A stretch of 64,000 bases of DNA from the NCBI GenBank assembly GCA_965250285.1, contig OZ252299.1:4768001-4832000 (forward strand), written 5' to 3'. The notes under the pieces were generated by a model, which ran no database searches, was not told the DNA's origin, and saw only the letters and a list, made by a program, of their open reading frames with translations. This document shows positions 36,556 through 46,766 of this stretch, piece by piece (the first letter of the stretch is position 1; each line of letters opens with the position of its first letter). The position numbers and the translations under genes are program-made. The stretch is from Myxococcota bacterium (GTDB lineage Bacteria; Myxococcota_A; UBA9160; UBA4427).

Positions 36556-39500
36556 GTGGCGTCATCGCGTGGTTCGTCCACAACCCGGTCGCCGCCAACC
36601 TGTTGATGATGGTGCTCGTCGTGGGCGGCCTCGTCGCCCTGCCCGGGATTCGCCAGGAGGAGTTTCCGGCGATCGATCTCGACATGATCCGGGTGACCGT
36701 CGAGTATCCGGGCGCGACCCCCGAAGAGAGCGAGTCGAGCGTCTGCCTTCGCATCGAAGAGGCGATCGAGGGCACACCCGACGTCGATCGAATGACGACC
36801 GTGGCGGCCGAAGGCGTGTGCGTCGTCAGCGCCGAGCTGATCATCGGCGGCGACGCAGACCAGGCGCTCAGCGAGATCGACAACCGGGTGCAGGGCATCG
36901 ATACGTTCCCCGACGAGGCGGAGCGACCGCTCGTCTCGAAGCTGCTCGCTCGCGGCATGGCCTTGCAGATTGCGCTCGCAGGCGACGCCGACGAACGCAC
37001 GCTCAAGGTGCTCGGGCAGCGCGCCCGCGACGAGATCGCCGCGTTGCCGGGCGTTTCGCAGGTGACCCTCGACTTCGCCCGGCCCTACGAGATCTCGATC
37101 GAGGTGCCCGAAGAGACGCTTCGCCGGCACGGGCTGACGCTCGATGACGTCGCCCGCGCGGTGCGCAGCTCGTCGCTCGATCTGCCCGGTGGCTCCGTGA
37201 AGACGTCGGGCGGCGAGATCCTGCTTCGCTCGGTCGGCCAGGCGTATCGCGGCGAGGATTTTGCCGACATCGCGGTCCTGACGCGACAGGACGGCACCAG
37301 TGTGGCGCTCGCCGAGATCGCGACCATCATCGACGGCTTCGAAGACATCGATCTGCGCGCGCGCTTCAACGGCAAGCCCGCCGTGATCATTCTCGTCGAG
37401 CGGCTCGGCGAGGAGGACATCCTCGAGCTCGTCGGGGCCGTCAAGCCCTGGCTCGCCGAGTTTCGCACGACGCTGCCCGAAGGCATCGAGGCGACGATCT
37501 TCGCCGATGCGTCCGAAGATCTGAACGCGCGGCTCGGCGCCATGACCCGCAATGCGCGCAGCGGTTTGATCCTCGTGGTCGCGATCCTCGCCCTCTTCCT
37601 GCGCTTCCGTCTCGCGATGTGGGTCGCCGCCGGCGTGCCCATTTCGCTGCTCGGTGCGATTGCCCTGTTCCCCGCCTTCGGCATCACGATCAGCACGCTG
37701 ACGGCGATGGCCTTCATCCTCGTGATCGGCATCCTCGTCGACGACGCCATCGTGATCGGCGAAGCGGTGCACAGTCACGAGGAAAGCAGTGAGAGTCAGG
37801 CCGATGCGGCGATCAACGGCACGCTCGAGGTCTACATCCCCGTCTTCTTCGGCGTGATGACGACGATCGCGGCCTTCATTCCCCTGGTGATCGTCCCAGG
37901 GAGGATGGGCGAGTTCTTCGGCTGGCTCGGGCTGACCGCGATCCTGTGCCTCGTCTTCTCGCTGGTCGAGTCGCAGCTGATCCTGCCGGCGCACCTCGCG
38001 CACCGGCGCACGTCATCGAAGAAGGGCGAGCCCAATGGGTTCGTCGCGACCTGGCAGCGTTTCCAGGGACGCATGGCGACCGGGCTCGAGCGCATCGGCC
38101 AGGTGCACTACGCGCGCGCCCTCGACTTCGCGATTGAGTGGCGATACGTCACGGTCGCCATCGCGATCGGCGTCGTCGTCATGACCATCGCGCTCTTCTC
38201 GAGCGGTCGTATGCGGTACCAGTTCTTCCCGGCCGTCGAGGGTGACATCGTCACGGCGTTCCTCACGATGCCCCAGGGCATCCCGCTCACGCAGACCGAG
38301 GCCGCCATCGCACAGATTCAGGCGGCGAGCGAAGAGCTCGAGCGCGAGCTCGTCACCGAGTACCCCGGCATCCCGATCGTTCGACAGACGGTCGGCACGG
38401 TGGGCTCGCAGCTCAACATGAACGGCGGTCCGCCCGACATGGGCGTGAACATCGGCGGCGCGCATCTCGCGAGCTTCGTCTTGCAGCTGCATCCGGCGGC
38501 CGAGCGACCGATCGGCGCGGTCGAGATCACGCGGCGGCTGAGGGAGAAGGTCGGAACGATCCCCGACGCCGTCGAGCTCGCGTTCTCGAGTGACACGTTC
38601 TCGGCGGGCGACCCGCTCAACTTTCAGCTCTCCGGCTCGAGCGTCGAACAGCTCACGCTGGCCGCCGCCGAGCTGCGCGCGAAGCTGGCGACCTACCGCG
38701 GCGTGACCGACATCGCCGACTCGTTCCGCGCGGGCAAGCAAGAGGTGCAGCTCAGCCTGCGCGACGAGGCGCGCCCCCTCGGTCTCTCGCAGATCGACCT
38801 CGCGCGCCAGGTGCGACAGGCGTTCTACGGCGACGAGGTCCAGCGCATCCAGCGCGGCCGAGACGACGTCAAAGTCATGGTGCGCTACCCGGTCGAAGAG
38901 CGTCGCACGCTGGGGTCGCTCGAGGAGATGCGCATTCGCACGCCCGAACGCGTCGAAGTGCCCTTCGACGCCGTCGCACACGCGAGCCTCGACCGCGGCT
39001 TCGCGACGATCCGCCGAACCGATCGCGAGCGCGTCGTGCAGGTCACCGCCGACGTCGACCGGGCGATCGTCACGCCCGAGAAGGTCATCGGCGAGATCCG
39101 CGTCTGGCTGCCGCAGATGCTCGCGCGCTACCCGGGCGTGACCTATGAGCTCGATGGCGAGCAGCGCGAGCAGTCTCGGGCGTTGGGCGGTTTGATTCGC
39201 GGCGTCGTGATCGCGCTGCTGCTGATCTATGCGCTGCTCGCGATCCCGCTCAAATCGTACGTGCAGCCCTTCGTCATCATGAGCGTGATCCCGTTCGGGG
39301 CGGTCGGCGCGATCCTCGGTCATCTCGTGATGGGTTGGGACGTCGTGTTCTTCTCGGTGCTGGGGATCGTCGCGCTGTCGGGCGTCGTCGTGAACGCGTC
39401 GCTCGTGCTCGTGCACTACATCAACGGTCAGCGCGAGCTGGGCCGGCCCCTGCTCGACTGTGTACGGGCGGCGGGGATCGTGCGGTTCCGGCCCATCGCG

Positions 39501-39737
39501 TTGACGTCGATGACGACCTTCATCGGGCTGGTACCGCTGATGTTCGAGGGCGCGGTGGCGGCGCGACCGCTCGTGCCGATGGCGATCGCGCTGGGCTACG
39601 GCGTGCTCTGTGCCGCGGTCGTGACGCTCTTCCTCGTCCCGACCGGCTACGTGATCCTGGCCGACCTCAACCCCGCGATGCGGGCCGAGTTTCGTCGCGA
39701 TGCGCCTCCCGATGCGACGGCCGAGCCCGCCCGCTAG
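36552..39737 (+). CDS. RND efflux permease (AcrB/AcrD/AcrF family)
   Basis: 1061 aa; NPVAANLLM, GILVDDAIVIGE, RFRPIALTSMTT. Confidence 0.93.
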   Translation: MSGVIAWFVHNPVAANLLMMVLVVGGLVALPGIRQEEFPAIDLDMIRVTVEYPGATPEESESSVCLRIEEAIEGTPDVDRMTTVAAEGVCVVSAELIIGGDADQALSEIDNRVQGIDTFPDEAERPLVSKLLARGMALQIALAGDADERTLKVLGQRARDEIAALPGVSQVTLDFARPYEISIEVPEETLRRHGLTLDDVARAVRSSSLDLPGGSVKTSGGEILLRSVGQAYRGEDFADIAVLTRQDGTSVALAEIATIIDGFEDIDLRARFNGKPAVIILVERLGEEDILELVGAVKPWLAEFRTTLPEGIEATIFADASEDLNARLGAMTRNARSGLILVVAILALFLRFRLAMWVAAGVPISLLGAIALFPAFGITISTLTAMAFILVIGILVDDAIVIGEAVHSHEESSESQADAAINGTLEVYIPVFFGVMTTIAAFIPLVIVPGRMGEFFGWLGLTAILCLVFSLVESQLILPAHLAHRRTSSKKGEPNGFVATWQRFQGRMATGLERIGQVHYARALDFAIEWRYVTVAIAIGVVVMTIALFSSGRMRYQFFPAVEGDIVTAFLTMPQGIPLTQTEAAIAQIQAASEELERELVTEYPGIPIVRQTVGTVGSQLNMNGGPPDMGVNIGGAHLASFVLQLHPAAERPIGAVEITRRLREKVGTIPDAVELAFSSDTFSAGDPLNFQLSGSSVEQLTLAAAELRAKLATYRGVTDIADSFRAGKQEVQLSLRDEARPLGLSQIDLARQVRQAFYGDEVQRIQRGRDDVKVMVRYPVEERRTLGSLEEMRIRTPERVEVPFDAVAHASLDRGFATIRRTDRERVVQVTADVDRAIVTPEKVIGEIRVWLPQMLARYPGVTYELDGEQREQSRALGGLIRGVVIALLLIYALLAIPLKSYVQPFVIMSVIPFGAVGAILGHLVMGWDVVFFSVLGIVALSGVVVNASLVLVHYINGQRELGRPLLDCVRAAGIVRFRPIALTSMTTFIGLVPLMFEGAVAARPLVPMAIALGYGVLCAAVVTLFLVPTGYVILADLNPAMRAEFRRDAPPDATAEPAR

Positions 39738-40037
39738 CCACCGGCGCGAGGTCGGGTGCGTCCCACCCCAGCTCACCGCCGTCTGGTCGTCGAAGCTGTC
39801 GACACATCAACCAACGGCTGCCCCAACGTCAGCAGGGGGCTGAACGCCCAAATTGCCCCTAGATTCCCCCGGGCGGCCCGATAGAATTCGGCTGAGTCCG
39901 GTCCTGCCCGCACACCCGGTGCGCGCCTGCGGGCTTGATGAAACGCGCGCATCGCGTTCTGCGTTGCGGCCGGAGCAGGCGCCCGCGCGCCCTGCTCCAA
40001 CAGATAGAGCCAGAAGAACAGAAGGGGGAAGCACCTC

Positions 40038-40775
40038 ATGGACATCATCACGACCGGTACCGGAATCGAGGTTCTGCTTCGCTGGATGCACGTGTTCGCC
40101 GGCGTCACCTGGATCGGCGTCCTCTACTACTTCAACTTCATCCAGACGCCGTTCTTCGGCACCGAGCTCGGCGGTCAGGCCAAGGGGCCGATGACGCGCG
40201 GACTCGTGCCGAACGCGCTTTGGTGGTTCCGATGGGGTGCGATGTTCACCTTCCTCTCGGGCTGGACGATCGTGCTCTACCGCTGGCAGCACCTCGGGAT
40301 TCCGCTGACCGACGGCTACATGACGAAGATCCTCACCGGCGGCCTGATGGGCACGCTCATGTGGTTCAACGTCTGGTTCGTGATCTGGCCGGCCCAGCAG
40401 GTCGTGATCAAGAACGCCGAGCAGGTCGCGGCGGGGGGCGACCCGATCCCCGAAGCGGCCGCGCGGGGTGGCAAGGCCGGCATGGCCTCGCGCACCAACA
40501 CCCTGTTCTCGCTCCCGATGCTCTTCTTCATGGTCGCCGCCGCGAACCTGCCGAGCCTCGCCGCCGGCAACAACGATCTGGTCTACTGGATCTGCGCGAT
40601 CGTCGTGATCGGCGCCGTCGAGATCAACGGACTGATCGGGCCGGGTGCAGCGACCCAGAAGCCGCTGACCACGGTGTCGGGCACGATCCACTTCGGCCTC
40701 GTTCTGTGGCTGGTGCTCTACCTGATCGGCGCGTTCGTCAACCCGGCGACGGGCCTCGCCGCCATGATGAACTAG
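40038..40775 (+). CDS. Multi-pass membrane protein of the PuuD/urate-hydroxylase N-terminal-like family
   Basis: RWMHVFAGVTWIG..YYFNF, LWWFRWGA, MWFNVWFVIWPAQ, SRTNT. Function uncertain. Confidence 0.7.
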   Translation: MDIITTGTGIEVLLRWMHVFAGVTWIGVLYYFNFIQTPFFGTELGGQAKGPMTRGLVPNALWWFRWGAMFTFLSGWTIVLYRWQHLGIPLTDGYMTKILTGGLMGTLMWFNVWFVIWPAQQVVIKNAEQVAAGGDPIPEAAARGGKAGMASRTNTLFSLPMLFFMVAAANLPSLAAGNNDLVYWICAIVVIGAVEINGLIGPGAATQKPLTTVSGTIHFGLVLWLVLYLIGAFVNPATGLAAMMN

Positions 40776-40820
40776 CGCCGCGGGCCAGCCACGCGCTGGC
40801 GCAACGTGGCCCCGAATCAC

Positions 40821-40856
40821 GACGCCCCCCGAGCCCACGACGGGTCGGGGGGCGTC
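40821..40856. terminator. Hairpin between convergent genes
   Basis: GACGCCCCCCGA ... TCGGGGGGCGTC, 12-bp perfect stem. Confidence 0.6.
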
Positions 40857-40914
40857 GGCGTTTCGGCTTGCGCAGCGTCGGGGGTCTTGGCGTTTCGGCC
40901 TGGTTGGCTGCGGC

Positions 40915-43900
40915 TCAGGCGCGCCGGCGCTCGGTCCGAGGGCGAGCCTCGTCTTCGTCGTCTCGGTCGTCTTCGTCGTTCTCGACGGCCGCCTCGTCGA
41001 GCATCGATGCGAGATCGCTGTTCGCTTCGCCTTCGAGCGCCTCGACGTCGCGCTGCTCGCGCCGATTCGCGCGGCGTGCACTCTCGGAGACGGCCAGCAC
41101 CGCGAGCGGATCGACGCGGCTCCACACCGGCAACGCCGACACTGCGATCGCGAGCAGCGAGGTGCCACGGGTGATCATCGCCAGCACGGCGGCCGAGAAG
41201 GCCAGCCCCGTGCGCTCCACAGCCCTGACCTTGACCTCGATCTCGTCCTGCTGCCGGTCGGCGGTCTCGCGCAGCTGGGTTTCGACGTCGTGCAGGGCAT
41301 CCTGCAGCTGCGCGTCGGCGAAGCCCGCGGCCAGGCGCGAGGCCTCGTCGATGTCTTCCTCGTCATCGTCGCGCGTGAACGAGAGCAGGCTCCCCGAGAG
41401 ATCGCCTTCGGTCGACCCGATCAAAGGCACGTTGGCGCTCTGAGAGATCGAAACGCCATCGAGTTGCGCCGCGTCGGAGCCCGCACCGGCATCCTCCCTG
41501 GCGAGCGGGTCGAATGCCGGGCCCGTTCGCAGGAGCGTCGTCTCGTCTTCGCCGATGCTGGTGTTCGACGTGTCGTCGTCGAGTGTCACCTCGTCGTCGG
41601 TGGGCTCTTCGGCGGTCTTCTCGTCTTCGGCTTCGGTCGGCTCGTCCTCGCTCGACTGCTTCTCGTCCTCGGGCTCGGACGCGTCCTCGTCATCGAGCGG
41701 ATCGACCGCAATGGGCGCCACCTCGATCGATACCGACGACTGCCCTGTGAGCGGCCCCCCCGCGCCCACGCCCCCGAGATCATCGACCGCGAGCGACATC
41801 GTCACCGTACCGGACGGAATCGCCAGCGCGGTGAAGGCCGCACCGTCGAGGGCCGTGTTCACCTGCGACAGCGTGCCCTCGAAGCGCATGTGCGCATCGG
41901 CCACGCCATCCCCTTCCAGAAAGTGCAGGCCTGCCGTCGAGCCGAGGCTGAGCTCACCCGCAGTGACCGACAGCGTGACCTCAACCAGTCCGTCCCCGGC
42001 GTCGAGATCGCCGATCGCGATCGCGTTCACGCCCGCTGACGAAAAGGTGATCGTCTCACCCGGCGCCAGGGTCTGTCCGGAAGGCATCGATACCCAGGGC
42101 GACTCGTTCGCATCGAGCAGGTGGACCGTCACGTCGGCCTCGGTCTGCAGGCCCCCGTCGTCCGTGACACGCACGCGAAGTACGCGGCTCCCGACCGTCT
42201 CGTGGTCGAGAGCCGCCCCGTCGACAACGCGCAGTTCACCCGTCCCGGAGCCGAGGCTGAAGGCCCCATCACTGTTGCCCGACACGATCTGGTACGACAA
42301 CACGCCCGAGCCATCGGGGTCACTCGCAGCCACCGTGCCCACGAGCGACCCCGCCACCGGCCCTTCGAGCAGATCGAAGGATTGATCGACGAACGCTGCG
42401 GGTGTGTTCGTGGCGACCACCCCGACGGTCGTCGTCGCGACCGTGCTCGGATCGGAACCGTCATCGACGACGAATCGAATCAGGCGGTCCGTCGTCGTCG
42501 GGTCGAGCGACGCGTTGTCGTAGGTCACCGTTCGGAGCACCTGCTCGAAGTCGGCCTGGGTGCCAGAACCATCGAGCGTCAGCATCCGCGAGCCGGCGTC
42601 CCAGGTCGCGTTCAGCGCGGTGCCCGTGACGTCCGCCGAGAGCGCCTCGAGGGCGCCATCGGGCATCGCGTCGACCGTGATGCGGATCGCGACGGGCACG
42701 TCGCCGTCGATGTCGGTGATCGACGCGTCCGAGTCGGCGACCGCGACCGGGCCGAGGCCCTCGGTGAAGCTCGCCTGGTAGTCGAGCCCGGCGCCCACGT
42801 CGTCGTTCGCGTCGAGATCGAGCACGGGAGCGTCGTTCTCGGGTGTGACCGTGATCGCGAAGGTCGCCGACCCGCTCGACCAGACGTGTCCATCGTTCAC
42901 ACTGAACTCGAACGAGGTGTCTCCGTTCCAGTCGGCCGGCGGCTCGTACGTCAGCAGGCCCGCATCGATGTCGAGTCTCGAGATCTCGTCACCCACCGAC
43001 ACCGCGCCACCCGAGAGGAGCAGGCCGCCGACCGGGAGCGAGTCGATGCGCACGCGATCGATCGAGTCGCCGGCGTCGGGGTCGGTCCCCCCGATCGAAA
43101 CGACGACCGAGCCATCCTCGGGCAACGACGTAGTGCCCGGCGTCGCCGTGGGCGCCGAGTTGGCACCGTAGAGCAGACCGACCTCGAAGTGCGTGAGCGC
43201 GCGGTCGTAGACGCGCAGATCGTCGATACCGCCCGTAAACTTGTACTGATCGCGGCCCGTCCGGTCACCGCCGATGTTGAGATGGTCGCTGACCGCAACG
43301 GGTCCCACGACGTCGGTGGCCGTCGCCACCGCCACGCCGTCGACCCACAGCGTCATCGTCGTGCCCTCGCGGTGTACGACGAGGTGGTGCCAGGCGCCAT
43401 CGTCGAGGTCGTCGAGGTAGATGCCGGTTTGCCACTGCTGCGATCCGTTCTCGAGATACGAGACGAGCTGACGATCGGGCGTTTCGTCGAACTGCAGGTT
43501 CCAGTGGTTGACCGAGCCGGTCGCGTTGGTCGCGGTGTAGATCCCGGCCCAGTCGTTCTGCACCGGGTCGGGGCGAATCCAGACCGATGTCGTGTAGTCG
43601 CCGGCGAGCACGGGCACGTCGCCCGAGCCCGTGACGATCATGTCGTCGATGCCGTCGGGATCGAACGCGTGCGAGCCGACCTGCCCCGGCACGAACTCGT
43701 CCCCCTCGCCCCCCTGGAGCGTGCCGTCGTAGCCGCCGGGACCGTCGTCCGTGGCGTCGCCGTCGAACGTCCAGTGCCCGACGAGGCTGGTCACCGTGGC
43801 CGTGAGGGATTGCGTCGTGCCGTCGTAGACGACCTCGGCCTGCGTCCGGTTCATGATCGACGTGGCGAAGCCGCCGTCCTCGACGTCGAGCGCGCCGAGT

Positions 43901-45129
43901 GCTGCATCGACGCGAAGGGTCCCGTCGAAGCCGGCGCCGGCGTCGAACACCTCGAGATCCCCGGTGACCTGGACGTCGGCCGTGGTGATCGAAGCCAGCA
44001 CGAGCTGGCCGACGTCGGCCTCGAGCGTCATCGCACCCGAGGGCGCACCGCCGACGTGGACGCTGCCGATGCGACCGCCCCCCCCGCCCACGACCACGCG
44101 ATCGACCGTCGCGCCGGCCTCGACCGTCAGGCTCGAGACGTCGGCGTCACTCGAGAGCTCGGCGAGATCGGCATCGAAGCGCAGCGTGCCGACGACGAGG
44201 CCCCCGTTCAGATCGCTCAGCACGACTCGGGTCGAGTCGTCGGTGCCCGCCGAGCCCGAGATGCTGAGCGTGTCGCTCGCGCCGTCGTAGCTGAAGTCGA
44301 TCGTGCCCGGCCCGGTCACGTCGATGCCGAAGCGGATCGCGCCATCGTCCCACGTGCCGGAGCCCGAGAACCCGGCCTCGCCGTGATCGACGAGCTGACC
44401 CGACCAGGTCTCGAGCGCCGCGGAGACGAGGCCCGTCTCGGCGACCGCGTCGTCCGCACCGCTCGAGGCCGCCTCGAGGATCCAGTCGCCCCCGCGACCC
44501 GTGACGTCGTCCGATGCGAAGACGTCGGCGCCCGTCAGATCGGCCACGCGATCGAGCAAGGCCTGCCCGGACACGACGTCGCCCGCGACGTCACAACCGA
44601 AGAACGAGATGTCGGCGCCCGAGACGAGGTGCGCGGAGAGATCACGCCAGGCCTCGGCGTTGGCTTCGCTCATGTCGGCGGTCAAGCCGCCCGGACCCCA
44701 AGCGACGCGCCCTTCCGAGCCATGCGTCAGTACGGAGAGCGATGCGATCGGCTCGCCGAGCGAGCCGGCGAGACCGCGCACCTCGGCCAGCACCTGCGTG
44801 ACGTCCTCGCGGTCGGCATCGAAGAGCACGAGCGTCGCGCCCGCATCGACCGCGCCGGCGAGCACGTCGACGTCTTCGAGATTGCGATCGATCAGGACGA
44901 TGCGCAGGCCGTCTTCGCCCGACTTCGGAGCGTCGGCGGTCTCCGGTGAGACGGGCGGATCGAGGTCGACCGGATCGCTCGGCCAGACCGGCGCCGGAGC
45001 TTCGACGTCGTCGACGCCGGGATCGACGAGCCAAGGCGCGACGTCCGCCGAGTAGAGTCGACGGCGCTCGAGCTGTTCGATGTGACGCGAGGGCGAAGCC
45101 TCGCTCTGCGGTCGATCGCGCCGTCTCAA
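40915..45129 (-). CDS. Large acidic surface/secreted protein: LEPR-XLL-like N-motif, DUF4347, LamG, Ig/cadherin repeats
   Basis: EQLERRRLYSAD; THGSEG...FFGCDVA...TGADVFASDDVTG.GGDWILE; LVGHWTFD...WHHLV...GGIDDLRVYDRAL; NSAP/NDAP/SDPDG cadherin-like motifs. Confidence 0.88.
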   Translation of the reverse strand: MRRRDRPQSEASPSRHIEQLERRRLYSADVAPWLVDPGVDDVEAPAPVWPSDPVDLDPPVSPETADAPKSGEDGLRIVLIDRNLEDVDVLAGAVDAGATLVLFDADREDVTQVLAEVRGLAGSLGEPIASLSVLTHGSEGRVAWGPGGLTADMSEANAEAWRDLSAHLVSGADISFFGCDVAGDVVSGQALLDRVADLTGADVFASDDVTGRGGDWILEAASSGADDAVAETGLVSAALETWSGQLVDHGEAGFSGSGTWDDGAIRFGIDVTGPGTIDFSYDGASDTLSISGSAGTDDSTRVVLSDLNGGLVVGTLRFDADLAELSSDADVSSLTVEAGATVDRVVVGGGGGRIGSVHVGGAPSGAMTLEADVGQLVLASITTADVQVTGDLEVFDAGAGFDGTLRVDAALGALDVEDGGFATSIMNRTQAEVVYDGTTQSLTATVTSLVGHWTFDGDATDDGPGGYDGTLQGGEGDEFVPGQVGSHAFDPDGIDDMIVTGSGDVPVLAGDYTTSVWIRPDPVQNDWAGIYTATNATGSVNHWNLQFDETPDRQLVSYLENGSQQWQTGIYLDDLDDGAWHHLVVHREGTTMTLWVDGVAVATATDVVGPVAVSDHLNIGGDRTGRDQYKFTGGIDDLRVYDRALTHFEVGLLYGANSAPTATPGTTSLPEDGSVVVSIGGTDPDAGDSIDRVRIDSLPVGGLLLSGGAVSVGDEISRLDIDAGLLTYEPPADWNGDTSFEFSVNDGHVWSSGSATFAITVTPENDAPVLDLDANDDVGAGLDYQASFTEGLGPVAVADSDASITDIDGDVPVAIRITVDAMPDGALEALSADVTGTALNATWDAGSRMLTLDGSGTQADFEQVLRTVTYDNASLDPTTTDRLIRFVVDDGSDPSTVATTTVGVVATNTPAAFVDQSFDLLEGPVAGSLVGTVAASDPDGSGVLSYQIVSGNSDGAFSLGSGTGELRVVDGAALDHETVGSRVLRVRVTDDGGLQTEADVTVHLLDANESPWVSMPSGQTLAPGETITFSSAGVNAIAIGDLDAGDGLVEVTLSVTAGELSLGSTAGLHFLEGDGVADAHMRFEGTLSQVNTALDGAAFTALAIPSGTVTMSLAVDDLGGVGAGGPLTGQSSVSIEVAPIAVDPLDDEDASEPEDEKQSSEDEPTEAEDEKTAEEPTDDEVTLDDDTSNTSIGEDETTLLRTGPAFDPLAREDAGAGSDAAQLDGVSISQSANVPLIGSTEGDLSGSLLSFTRDDDEEDIDEASRLAAGFADAQLQDALHDVETQLRETADRQQDEIEVKVRAVERTGLAFSAAVLAMITRGTSLLAIAVSALPVWSRVDPLAVLAVSESARRANRREQRDVEALEGEANSDLASMLDEAAVENDEDDRDDEDEARPRTERRRA

Positions 45130-45250
45130 GACCGGCTCCCCCGCGCGACACCGACAGACCGGCTCGCGGATAGGGTGATATTCCCCACATTCTCATCGGC
45201 GGCTCGGTGGAAGGCCTGAAGGCCGCGGCGCCGCCCACGGGTGCGGCCGC

Positions 45251-46756
45251 TCAGCTTGCGTCTTCGTCGCCTTCGACTTGCTCGAAGCCCGTCACTCGGT
45301 TGCGTCCCGTCTGCTTCGAGACGTAGAGCGCCTGGTCGGCCTGGTCGACCAGGGTGTAGAGGCTGTCGGCGCCGTGTTCGCGCAGGCTCGCGAGGCCGAA
45401 GCTCGCCGTGATCGGCACGGCCGCGAAGCCGTCGGCGCCGATGCTGCGACGCCAGCGCTCGGCCATCGAACGGGCCTCTTCGGGCGACATCCCGGGCAAC
45501 AGGACGCAGAACTCCTCACCGCCGTAGCGGCAGACACGCTCGCCGTCGGGTGACTGACTGAGCAGAGCGGTCGCCACGGCTCGAATGACTTCGTCGCCGG
45601 TCTGGTGACCGTGGTCGTCATTGACGCGCTTGAAGTGATCGATGTCGACCATGACGCAGCAGAGGTCGTCCCCTCGACGCTGCGCAGCCTCGACCTCGAT
45701 CTCGCCGGTCTCGAGGAAGCTGCGGCGGTTCGCCGCACCGGTGAGCGGATCGCGCCGCGCGAGCACCCGAAGCTCGTCGTTCTGCAATCGGATCTCGTCG
45801 CGCGACTTCTCGAGCAGCGCGAGGGCGTTCTCCAGCTCGCGGCTCTTGGCCTCGAGCTGGGTGATGTCGTCGAAACTCGCGATCGCCCCGCGCATCTTGC
45901 CGGCCCCGTCGAGCACCGGTGCGCCGTTGACCATGAAGGTGCGCACTTCGTCCTCGTCCCGCAGACACAGCGCGGCGCCCGTCGTCGTCGACTGGTCGGC
46001 GAGGGCGTCGTTCCACGGCATCGAGCGTGCCGGCTCGAACGAGCCGGGCACGAGCCAACCGAGCCCCGACGCCTTGCGCCCGACGAGCTTCTCGCTCGAT
46101 TCGCCGACGCGCTCGGCGAACGCGCGGTTCGCCAGCACGATGCGCTCGCCCCGATCGACGAGCAGCACGCCCTCCGACATGAGATCGAGGGCCGCCTGGA
46201 CGCGGGGGGGAATGACCGACGAAGGGTCGAGATGTCGAAGTGTTCGCCGCAGATACAGCGCGTACGCGACGAAGCTCGCGACCCCGAAGACCAGCACCAG
46301 TCGCACGACGGGACGGTGCCAGAGCGAAGCGACGAACGAGGCCGACACGGGCTCGACGAAGCGCACCTCGAGCGTGGCCCACGGCGCACCGCCACGCGTC
46401 AGCTCGACGACGATGTGCGTCAGGTTCGTGCCGGGTTCGACGTTTTCGTCCCACAGCGCGCGGTGCTGCTGGCTCGCGACCATCAATCGGCCGTAGCGAT
46501 CGCGCAGGCCCACCGAGAGCACGTCGTCTTCGGCCTCGACGGCGTGGTCGAGCTCGACCCGCAACCGGGCGAGCCCGGCCCTCGAAGGGTCGGTCGTTGT
46601 ACGCATCGCCAGCTGCTCGACGATGCGCGATCGGCGCTCGACGACCGGATCTTCACTGATCGGGACCAGGCCGAGCAGATCGAGGCCGAACAGGATCGAG
46701 ATGGTCAGGCAGACGAGGCCGAGGGAGAGACGAAAGAGCGCGGACCGATGCCACAT
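45251..46756 (-). CDS. Membrane diguanylate cyclase (2 TM, PAS, GGDEF)
   Basis: DPLTGAANRR, DIDHFKRVNDDHGH, RYGGEEF, ADQALY. Confidence 0.93.
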   Translation of the reverse strand: MWHRSALFRLSLGLVCLTISILFGLDLLGLVPISEDPVVERRSRIVEQLAMRTTTDPSRAGLARLRVELDHAVEAEDDVLSVGLRDRYGRLMVASQQHRALWDENVEPGTNLTHIVVELTRGGAPWATLEVRFVEPVSASFVASLWHRPVVRLVLVFGVASFVAYALYLRRTLRHLDPSSVIPPRVQAALDLMSEGVLLVDRGERIVLANRAFAERVGESSEKLVGRKASGLGWLVPGSFEPARSMPWNDALADQSTTTGAALCLRDEDEVRTFMVNGAPVLDGAGKMRGAIASFDDITQLEAKSRELENALALLEKSRDEIRLQNDELRVLARRDPLTGAANRRSFLETGEIEVEAAQRRGDDLCCVMVDIDHFKRVNDDHGHQTGDEVIRAVATALLSQSPDGERVCRYGGEEFCVLLPGMSPEEARSMAERWRRSIGADGFAAVPITASFGLASLREHGADSLYTLVDQADQALYVSKQTGRNRVTGFEQVEGDEDAS

Positions 46757-46766
46757 GGCGCCCTCG

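Noticed and set aside
39934..39944. Hammerhead ribozyme core (TGATGA...GAAAC)
   Set aside because: The two motifs overlap with no stem II between them, so the fold cannot form.
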